Shown here: positions 36,163 through 45,938 of the stretch, piece by piece | How the letters are laid out: every line of letters starts with the position of its first letter | How positions within the stretch are numbered: position 1 is the first letter of the stretch | Assembly: GCF_006345805.1 (NCBI RefSeq) | Contig: NC_043010.1 | Location: forward strand, 28,210,001-28,274,000 | Length of the DNA: 64,000 nt | Source: Octopus sinensis | Lineage: Eukaryota | Reading direction: 5' to 3' | Position numbers and translations under genes: made by a program | Notes under the pieces: model-generated | Seen by the model: only the letters and a program-made list of their open reading frames with translations | The model's database searches: none | What the model was told of the DNA's origin: nothing

Positions 36163-36545
36163 GAGTGAGAGAGCAGTGCATGCCATCAAAGTGACACTGG
36201 GGTAAAATATACGAAGCCCAGTATACCCATCATGACTACCAGTCTGATAAGGATACACTAGGCACATGCATCGCAACCATATGTGCGCGACAGGGTGATC
36301 TCATATCAAGATAAACAGCGCATGACCTTGCAGGTGGGGCCCAGTTAGAATTTTCTTCAGGTTGAGTAGCCCATCCCGCTCAAAAGATCCCTGAATAAGG
36401 GTTGTTTAAGGATGTGGTATTGAGCAGAATATTTGCTGTAGCCCATCTTTTATACCAAGACATAACAATGTACATGATAACACTTCCAATCAGTTAAGAT
36501 CAGAAGCCATGAGAGCCACTGTTTGGTACTGCGTCAGAGCATTTA
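36163..36545 (-). mobile_element. ~560-bp (AAT)n-associated repeat, copy 2 (internal deletion)
   Basis: Same termini as copy 1; lacks the segment between GTTTAAGGATGT and GGTATTGAGCAG. Confidence 0.85.
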
Positions 36546-37148
36546 TTATTATTATTTTTCATCATCAATATCACTGCCTTTGCACAGTTTCTAACGATTG
36601 ACATGTACAACAGTATCAGCTGTTTACTGCCAGTGGACTAAGGTAACACCCATTATTTTTCGAGCACCTTCCGGAGTATTCGAGCGGTTCCAAGCAGTGC
36701 TGTTTTCTGCAAGTGCTCCACCCTTATTGCAGCCCCTATTTGTTCTACGTACTTCTCGAAATTTTTACTCACTGTTCCCAGGGCTCCGACAATTATTGGC
36801 ACTACTGCTACCCTTTTCATCGACCACAACAGCTTAACCCTCCCAAGCTAACCTGTCATATCTCTCGACTTTTCTTTCTTCCTTATCGCATACCTTGTTG
36901 TCAGCTGGGCATGCTATATCTATGATCCAACATAGTTTGCTTTCTTTCTCAATTAAGACTATGTCTGGCTTCATATCCTCTAATGATCGCACTGAATCAT
37001 AAAATCACACAGTATCTTTACATTATCATTTTCGATGATGCCTTCGGGTTTATTGTCTTACCAAAATTTTTGCTCTGTCAAGTCCATACTTGTAGCAAAG
37101 TGTTCAATGGACAAGGCTTGCTATATTGTCATGGCGTCTCTTATATTC

Positions 37149-38948
37149 TGTAGGGTTAAACGACCGTACGTAAGGAGTTGGCGACAAATGCCTCCATTTG
37201 AACGCCGCACGGTCGTCCCCTAACAAAATAAGATAGCCACATACATAATATAACATACCGTGCCAAAGGGATATAAATGAAGGCCGACAAACCGTTCTAC
37301 TGTTTCAGAGAGAAGAAGACTTTATTCACAAAGTGTACGAGGATAAGGTATGTGAGTGCTAGCGAAGTGTTGTGTCTGACTGCGTGCGACAATATTTGTG
37401 TCTGTGTGTTCGTGTGCGCGACAGAAGGTACAGAGGATCTTTTCCTTTTGAACGGCACTTTGTAACATAATTTCTAGGTAACTAAAAGGTTTTAAACGTC
37501 GTATACTGAAAATTCTACATGTTGTAACATATTTCGTCTTTAATTTCGAGCATTTCGGCAATTTTAACCAATCGCTGATCTCCATTCTGTGCATAATGAA
37601 TATGTCCCTCCTTTAAGAAACAGATTGGGTTTATTTACATTTGTGAAGAAAAAAGATACCCTTCCCCAACCCCTAACCCTAAATCTAAAATAGATTAAAA
37701 TGCAATAGATCGATACTAGGGCCATAATTATAGGTGACATTTTCATTTGACACCGCTAGAAAAAAATCCCATTTCCGTAGCGGTGTCGTATGAAATTGTC
37801 ACCCATAATTATAATCCTAGTATCGATCTATTTCATTTCAATCTATTTTAGATTTAGGGTTAGAGTTAGGGTTAGGGTTAGGGGTGGGGGAAGAGTATTT
37901 TTTTCTTCACAAATGTAAATAAACCCAATCTGTTTCTTAAAGGTGGGACATATTCATTATGCACAGAATGTTATTTACCCAAATGGAGGTCAGCGATTGG
38001 TTAAAATTGCCGAAATGCTCGAAATTAAAGACGAAATATGTTAGAACATATAGAATTTTTTCAATAAGGGCAAGAAAAAATGATGTTTTATAAACACATT
38101 CTACCTATACGAAGTTTAAAAGTGTTTAGTTAACTAGAAATTGTGTTGAAAAGTACCGTTCAAAAAGAAAAGATCCGGTACAGACAAAGGTGTATGCATG
38201 TAAAACAGAAATATAGAATACAAAATACAGAGCATAAGATAAGTTCTCAGCATATTGAGTTAAGATAGAGTTAGTTTACCAGTTCATAAGGTACACAATA
38301 GTAAGTTCTATAACAAGATGTTGGGGGCACGTGGCAGAGCCGGTTGCTACCCGTGTAGAAGTTGTGGCTATCAAGCCGTGCCGAGTCTCTTGATATAGTT
38401 AGTTCTTTCAATATACTACAACTGTTTTCCTCGTGGTGAAAGATTCACACAAACAGCTTGAGTTAAACTTGGTCGATGTTGATGTGTACATGTTGAAGTC
38501 GATGGAGATAGAGACGACGTAAAGTTGAAGTACTATGATGGTGATGATGGAGATCGTCCTGCGTAGCGGGTGTGCAATAGCGTCTTCATAGCTGGAGCAA
38601 TAGCATGGTTGGCTGGCTGGTCGTCTGTCGCTGGAACTGGAACGTGGCTGAGTAGCTCTGTGGTCAGTGACTAGACCTTAAAAGGTCTGGAGCCGAAAGA
38701 CGAAGAATAGTGAAACCAAGCTTATTTATAGTCCGTGGTAGGCTCAAATGAAGCAGGCCTTATCCGAAGGCCGTGATTGGTTGGCTTTACACTCTGGCGC
38801 GAAATAAGTCGGGAGACAGACCGCGCCAGATGCCAGCCAATCAGATCAGTGGACACAACAGGGCCAAGCTAGCCAAAGATGGTTGTAATCTCAAACGAGA
38901 TCATTCTTATTGTGTCTCTCAAACAGTGAGGATATCAATATCGCTACA
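37149..38948 (-). mobile_element. Solo LTR, family L1, copy 2 (contains a foldback insertion)
   Basis: TGTAG...CTACA termini, 4-bp TSD ATTC (37145-48, 38949-52), TATAAATA on the minus strand at 38723-30; homologous to 26464-27326. Confidence 0.9.
37435..38176. mobile_element. Foldback-like palindromic DNA transposon (family F1, copy 2), 742 bp
   Basis: Arms 37435-37758 and 37778-38176 with a 19-nt loop; termini GGATCTTTT/AAAAGATCC; exact 8-bp TSD GGTACAGA (37427-34, 38177-84). Confidence 0.92.
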
Positions 38949-38995
38949 ATTCCTTCTGGGCTAGTGGCGTACAATGACTGGTAATATGCCATACG

Positions 38996-39070
<75 letters not shown>

Positions 39071-39073
<3 letters not shown>

Positions 39074-40792
39074 TAGTTTTATTTTTATTTTTATAGCGTG
39101 CTTTCACTTCACTACCGAGCGCAGCTCTGTGTGCCTGTGATGCCCTGATGGTTATTGTATGGAAAGTGTTCTACGTAGGATGTGTGCAGTGCCTAGTAGT
39201 GCAATTTTCTGTATGCTATATGTGTTTGTAAGTCCTGGTGTTTTTGTTATGTATTTGTCTGAATATTTTTTTATCATGCCTAATGCACCTACTATGATAG
39301 GAATTGTTTCTGTTTTCAGATTCCACATTCTAGTTACCTCTATTTCCAGGTCTTTGTATTTTGAGAGTTTCTCCATTTCTTTTAGAGACACGTTGTCATC
39401 TGCCGGTACTGATACATCAATTAGAAAGCATTTTTTTTCTTCATGGTCTCTGACAACTATATCTGGTCTGTTGGCCTTAATTTCTCTATCTGTGTGTATC
39501 GGCATATCCCAGAGTATGGTTGCTTTCTCGTTTTCTGTGACCTTTTCTGGTGTGTGCCTATACCATCTTTTTTCTGTTGTTATTCCATAATGTTGGCATA
39601 GCTTCCAATGTATGTAGGTTCTAACTCTGTCATGTCTGTGAATGTATTCCTTCTTAGCCAGGACTGGGCAGCTAGAGATAATATGATTTATTGTTTCTTG
39701 TCCATCTCCACATATTCTGCAGTTACTTGTAATATTTCTTTTCATTACATGTTTTTGGTAATTTCTGGTGGGGAGGCTTTGGTCTTGTGCTGCAATTAAA
39801 AATCCCTCTGTTTCTGCTTTGAGTCCTGAGCTTCTCAACCATTGCTGGGATTTTTCTTTGTCTATTTCTTTTGCGTTTAGTTTAGTCCAGTATTTACCAT
39901 GAAGGGGCTTTTCTTGCCATCGTTTTATCATGGTTCGTTGCTGTTCTATTTTTAGTTTGGATTTCATTTTTTTTATAGCTTTTGTTGTTTCTTCTTCATC
40001 TTCTTCTTCTTCTTCTTCTTCATGTTTATTAGGTGGTATGATTTCTTGTTTGTATTTGTCAGCTTCCTTAAATGCTGAGAACAGTTTTTTGTTTTGCTCG
40101 TGTTTTGCCGCTATCTGGATCAGTTTTCCTTCCTTCTGAAGTAGATATTTTTGCAGTACTATGGTGGTTATTTTATAGTAGTTTTCCAGCTGTATAAGGC
40201 CTCTACCACCTTCTATACGTTGTATATATAGTCTTTCTATGTCAGATTTTGGGTGATGCATCCTAGATCCTGTCATTATTTTTCTTGTTTTCCTGTCTAT
40301 TTTGGTCAGTTCATTTCGTGTCCAGTTAAGGATATTGTAGCTGTAACTTATAACTGGGACAGCTAAAGTGTTGATACCTATTATCTTGTTTTTAGCATTG
40401 AGCTCTGTGTTTAGTATTGATCTAACTCGTCTATAATATTCTTTTTTTATTTTCTCTTTCATTTGTGTGTGTTGTGTCTTATCTAGTTCATGGATTCCTA
40501 AGTATTTGTAAGTTTGGCTTTGGTCTAATTCTTTTATTTCCTTTGCTTCATCTAGTGTGATGTTGTTACTCTTAACTAGTTTTCCTCTTTTCATGGTTAC
40601 TTTGGCGCATTTTTCTAATCCAAATTTCATATCTATTTCCTTGGTAAATCCATGAACTGTCTTTAATAGTGTTTCCAGCTGTTTGTCATTTGCAGCGTAT
40701 AGTTTTAGGTCATCCATATATAAAAGGTGGCTGATCGTTTTGCCGTAACATTTATATCCGCATCCAGTTCTATTTAGCATATCAGATAGAGG
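39071..40792 (-). mobile_element. R4/Dong-like RLE LINE copy A, 5'-truncated
   Basis: 3' end ...AAAACTACTG abuts (AAT)n at 38997-39070; 5' end abuts (GAT)n. Confidence 0.92.
39152..40780 (-). CDS. R4/Dong-like ORF: RT C-terminal half + CCHC + restriction-like endonuclease (542 aa, open)
   Basis: LLYMDDLKLY, YKYLG, GGRGL, CRICG..ETINHIISSC..RHD, NRPDIVV..LIDVSVP..KLSKYKDL. The start is an artefact of truncation. Confidence 0.92.
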   Translation of the reverse strand: MLNRTGCGYKCYGKTISHLLYMDDLKLYAANDKQLETLLKTVHGFTKEIDMKFGLEKCAKVTMKRGKLVKSNNITLDEAKEIKELDQSQTYKYLGIHELDKTQHTQMKEKIKKEYYRRVRSILNTELNAKNKIIGINTLAVPVISYSYNILNWTRNELTKIDRKTRKIMTGSRMHHPKSDIERLYIQRIEGGRGLIQLENYYKITTIVLQKYLLQKEGKLIQIAAKHEQNKKLFSAFKEADKYKQEIIPPNKHEEEEEEEDEEETTKAIKKMKSKLKIEQQRTMIKRWQEKPLHGKYWTKLNAKEIDKEKSQQWLRSSGLKAETEGFLIAAQDQSLPTRNYQKHVMKRNITSNCRICGDGQETINHIISSCPVLAKKEYIHRHDRVRTYIHWKLCQHYGITTEKRWYRHTPEKVTENEKATILWDMPIHTDREIKANRPDIVVRDHEEKKCFLIDVSVPADDNVSLKEMEKLSKYKDLEIEVTRMWNLKTETIPIIVGALGMIKKYSDKYITKTPGLTNTYSIQKIALLGTAHILRRTLSIQ

Positions 40793-40794
40793 TG

Positions 40795-40847
<53 letters not shown>

Positions 40848-40848
40848 T

Positions 40849-41754
40849 CAGTAGTTTTATTTTTATAGCGTGCTTTCACTTCACTACCGAGCGCAGCTCT
40901 GTGTGCCTCAGGTACGTGCTGTGATTTGTTGTGATGCTCTGATGGTTATTGTATGGAAAGTGTTCTGCGTAGGATGTGTGCAGTGCCTAGTAGTGCAATT
41001 TTCTGTATGTTATATGTGTTTGTAAGTCCTGGTGTTTTTGTTATGTATTTGTCTGAATATTTTTTTATCATGCCTAATGCACCTACTATGATAGGAATTG
41101 TTTCTGTTTTTAGATTCCACATTCTGGTTACCTCTATTTCCAGGTCTTTGTATTTTGAAAGTTTCTCCATTTCTTTTAGAGACACGTTGTCATCTGCCGG
41201 TATTGATACATCAATTAGAAAGCATTTTTTTTCTTCATGATCTCTGACAACTATATCTGGTCTGTTGGCCTTAATTTCTCTATCTGTGTGTATCGGCATA
41301 TCCCAGAGTATGGTTGCTTTCTCGTTTTCTGTGACCTTTTCTGGTGTGTGTCTATACCATCTTTTTTCTGTTGTTATTCCATAATGTTGGCATAGCTTCC
41401 AGTGTATGTAGGTTCCAACTCTGTCATGTCTGTGAATATATTCCTTCTTAGCTAGGACTGGGCAGCCAGAGATAATATGATTTATTGTTTCTTGTCCATC
41501 TCCACATATTCTGCAGTTACTTGTTATATTTCTTTTCATTACATGTTTTTGGTAATTTCTGGTGGGGAGACTTTGGTCTTGTGCTGCAATTAAAAATCCC
41601 CCTGTCTCTGCTTTGAGTCCTGAGCTTCTCAACCATTGCTGGGATTTTTCTTTGTCTATTTCTTTTGCGTTTAGTTTAGTCCAGTATTTACCATGAAGGG
41701 GCTTTTCTTGCCATCGTTTTATCATGGTTCGTTGCTGTTCTGTTTTTAGTTCTG

Positions 41755-41757
<3 letters not shown>
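40849..41757 (-). mobile_element. R4/Dong-like RLE LINE copy B, 5'-truncated (ORF 40946-41725)
   Basis: Near-identical to the 3' half of copy A; 3' end in (ATG)n, 5' end in (AAT)n at 41758-41810. Confidence 0.92.
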
Positions 41758-41813
<56 letters not shown>

Positions 41814-42714
41814 CGTCACCCCCACCCCACCCTACCACCACCGTCGTTGATTTTATATCCACTTTTCCATATTTTTCTATGTCAGAAGAGATTTGATAAG
41901 GCAGACTTTTCTGCGGCCAGATGCCTTTCCTTGCCCCCGACTGTCCCCTGTTTCTAAGCAAGGCAATATATCCCTATGATATGACATATTTTTTTCTCTG
42001 TAAAATTGGAAACAAACGACCTCGTTTGTATGACGGAAACCGTCGTTTACAACTATCCCACGGTTTTAAGATGAGAGAGTACGAAACATACACACACACA
42101 CATGCACTCACACACACATGCACTCACACACGCACACATCCACACGCTAGACGGGCTTCTTTCAGTTTCCTCACAAATATATCTATTCACAAGGCTTTGG
42201 TTGGCCCGAAGAGTATAGCAAAAAATATTTACCGAAAGTGTCATTAAGTAGCGGTAAATTCGAAACCTCATTGTTGGGAAGAAAGCTTCTAGACCACATA
42301 GCCATGTCCGTTGCAATCTGTTGAGCCAGGTTTCGAGTTTGAGCCAGGAAAAATATAAAGGGCCATTCCCTCCATGGCAAAATATTGGAAAAATAAAGAC
42401 AAAAATTCTGAACCGTAATTTTGCCCTGATGACTTAGAATTTTATCCTCTCGTAATCAATAAGGTAAGTACCATTCTTGTAGAATAGACGATTGAATGAA
42501 ATAAAGTGATCTATTCCCAAATATGATTGTGTCGTGTTAATTGGAGAAATCAATATTCGATATGCCTGCCTTTCAAATTTGTCAATTAATCGAATAAAGC
42601 ATGTAATAGCTTTTCACCAAGGTAAATAACTCTTCAATATATACACAGTTACGTCCCTTAAGATTATCCGAACTAATTTTATGCAAAATCATTTTTCGTG
42701 TGTGCGTGTGTTTC

Positions 42715-43180
42715 GTTTATTCTTTTATATGTTTCAGCCATTTGATTGCGTCCATGCTGGAGCACAGTCTTAAAGGATTTTAGTCCAAGAAATCGATCCC
42801 AGGACTAATTCCTTGTAAGCCTAGTACTTATTCTATCGATCATTTTTGCTGAAACGCTATTGTTACAGGGACATAAACACACCAAAATCGGTTTTCAAGC
42901 GATGATGGGGGGACCAACACAGACACAAAGACGCACACTCACACACACGCAAACGCACACGCGCACACGCGCACACATACACGCACGCACGCGCACACGC
43001 GCACACATACACGCACGCACACACACACACACACGCACGCACGCACACACGACAGTCTTCTTTCAATTTCCGTGTGCCAAATCCACTCACAAGGCTTTCC
43101 CTATGTGCCACGTTGTGGGACTGAATCCGGAACCATGTGGTTGAGAAGCAAGCTTCTTACCACACAGCCACGCCTGCGTC
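42715..43180 (-). mobile_element. SINE family A
   Basis: Tail, CA/CG-rich microsatellite, body and head as in 17570-17975. Confidence 0.8.
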
Positions 43181-43634
43181 TCATATGGATGGAGCTTCAA
43201 CCAGCCGGAGTCTTGGGGGGGCGTGTGCAGTAAGGGTAATTTACTCATTATTTCTGCTGTTCGGACGACACTACTGCATTCGAAAAGCAAAAAAAACCCA
43301 AAAAACAGCTTCTTGTTTGTATCGTACAATACACATTTCGACGCTTCTAATAAAACAAATACACGTTTTCGTTTATATTTGTACACACGTGGTTGTTCAA
43401 TAAGCTACTTAGCGTCTAAATCGCCGGATGAATTTATCAGCAGGCTGTTAAGCTTAATGGTAAGCACTCAGCCGCAGTTTTGGGTGATGCAGGTTCAAGT
43501 TCCGTGTCTGCTGACACCATTTTCTGCTTTGTAACTGAAATTTACCCATTATTTCTGCTGTTCTAACAGCAATAATGCGTTCGAAAATAAAAAGGAAAAG
43601 AAAAAATTGTCTTCTTGTTTGTATCATATAAATA

Positions 43635-43858
43635 CAGGCACAGGAGTGGCTGTGTGGTAAGTAGCTTGCTTACCAACCACACGGTTCCGAGTTCAGTCCC
43701 ACTGCGTGGCACCTTGGCAATTGTCTTCTACTATAGCCTCGGACCGACCAAAGCTTTGTGAGTGGATTTGGTAGACGGAGACTGAAAGCATTGGATTGAA
43801 CTCGGAACCACGTCGTTGGTAAGCAAGCTACTTACCACACAGCCACTCCTGCGCCTAT
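43635..43858. mobile_element. Two SINE family A heads in inverted orientation
   Basis: GGCACAGGAGTGGCTGTGTGG...GAGTTCAGTCC at 43637-43698 and its reverse complement at ~43795-43857. Confidence 0.85.
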
Positions 43859-43869
43859 TGATGACATCG

Positions 43870-44507
43870 ACTGTATATCTAGCTTTGATTTGCTCTTCAT
43901 ATAGCTAGGTAATGTATTTTCATCTTGCTTTGGAACCATTATACCCTGATGCTGTAGCTTCAGCGGGAATTTCCCCAGTAAGAGGAGATGGTTTGATCTA
44001 ACATTTATTCCAGTGTAAATTCTCACGTCATTCATCGGTCTTCTGGACTTGGTGCCGATGGTGATATAGTTGATCTGGGTTTTACAGTGTCAAACCGATG
44101 ATATCCAAGTTCGCTTTGATAACTTTGATGTGTGGAAAGATCTAGTGATCCGACTACTGAATGTACAGAAGCCTGTAAAACAACTCACAGCTTTTGTTGA
44201 TTTCACCTCTTCCTTCCCTATCCATCACTTTTCCTTGCCATTGTTGCGTGACCCAATATTTACATTTAGATCTCCAACGAGAATACCTTAGCTATTTGGC
44301 CAGTAATGAATTGCAGTTGTTCATACTACGTTGTAGCCATTGTGTTGTTTGCAACCATTGGTTGGTGCATAACACTACCATACTTACTTTCTTTGTTTTT
44401 CTAATCTGGTAGTCATGATCCTGGGCGTTACATCTGACCATTCCACCAAGGATGCTGCAGTTTCTTTGGAGAACATCAAACCGACTGCAGTGTGTGTGTG
44501 TGTGTGT

Positions 44508-44561
<54 letters not shown>

Positions 44562-45150
44562 ATTGTCCCCTTCATGCTCAGAATAGAGAAGAGTCTCCCC
44601 AATAACCAAGGTACATTTATCCTGACTTCAGCTACCTCGTTTCACAAAGACCTAATATTTCAAGTTTGTCGAGCTTCATCTCAGCAACAATCTAGACCGT
44701 TTTTCTGGTTTCGAATATGGTGCTTACGTTCCATGTCCCTCGTCGTGTGGTTGTCCTTGGAGAAAGAACAGTGTTACCCGGTGTACCTTTTTTTTTTTTT
44801 TTTCGGTTTTCACTAAGTTGCTTCATACACAGTCTCTGAAGATTATCTCTGTGGTGTTTGTCGTGTTATGAGCTGTGATGAGGTATGTGGTGTTGGTGAA
44901 GAGGAATGCAGATGAGGTAGATGGAAGTGAAGATTGCAGGGGCCAGCAGAACAGCCACGGGGCATGAGTGCACCAGAAGCACATGCGGCAGTTGTCGTTT
45001 TCTTCCTTCACACTACAATCTCCCCTGCTTATCAGGATCAATTCCACGTGTTCTCTTGGCATCTCATTTACAATGTAGAAAAATTGCTAGTGCAGGGCTG
45101 TTAACCCAACGCCAACCACTCTTCTTTCAAAACCGGACCTGGACCCGGTT
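43870..45150 (-). pseudogene. RTE-clade LINE 5' portion: 5' region + APE endonuclease, degenerate, interrupted by (TG)n
   Basis: GTWNVSTIFETRK..LEILGLCETR, GETLLYSEHEGDN, QINYITI..RRPMNDVRIYTG..RSNHLLL (NQIDH/SDH equivalents). The upstream extension to 45150 is less certain. Confidence 0.75.
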
Positions 45151-45938
45151 GTAACTATCCTTATATTCTTATAACGGCAATATTGTGTACAAAGTACAAT
45201 TCGAAAATGTAAAGCCATGTAAACAATGTTTCTTAATTTCACTACACCCACATCTCACAAATACATAAACACATACATTCACAGACACATAAACACACAT
45301 ATACACACACGTTTACAAATAAATCGGTAACAATACCGTTGTGTCTTAATGTTTTGGAGGCGGTTTTTAGGAAAATTCTTTGACCAATGACAAAGGTCAC
45401 TTTAGTGCCATGCCGACATCATTTATATAAGGTTCTATACCACACGCCAAGTGGACATGAATTCATACACGCAGACACACACACACACACACACACATAC
45501 ACACACACACGTACGCACACACGCGCGCACATATGTACGCACTCACGCACACACACACAAACACACAAATATATACATTCGCAAGCACACACACTTTCAG
45601 ACATCTTCACACATTCACAAACACACATACACACACCACACATGCACACATTTACAGACACACACACACACACACACATAAACTCACAAACGTATACACA
45701 TATTCACATATACACACGCACACACACATACAAACTTACACCGACACATAACAATAACAAAGCAATAAAATAAAACAACAAAACAGCAATAAAAATATTT
45801 AAATAAAGTTTGTAAGCATGATGCAAAACCAGACCGCCAACTTCTGTCTCCTCGTCACAACTTACTAATAAAAAAGTCTGCGTGCAACGTTCGTCGATTT
45901 ACACTGGAGGTTGATTGGGAAAAGTCGAGTCGCGAACC

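Larger units (their letters stand above)
36556..38996 (-). mobile_element. R4/Dong-like RLE LINE 3' fragment (subfamily C), interrupted by a solo LTR
   Basis: Removing the LTR and one TSD gives HITSHCTPLAQKEYKRRHDNIA...KPDIVLI...IIDIACPADN...VPIIVGALG...LQKTALLGTARILRKVLEK* (stop at 36655-53). Confidence 0.85.

Noticed and set aside
44823-45062. ORF MPREHVELILISR... first read as a Tc1-like HTH
   Set aside because: Similarity ends after ~12 residues, and the region lies collinearly upstream of an RTE endonuclease; it is more likely the RTE 5' region.
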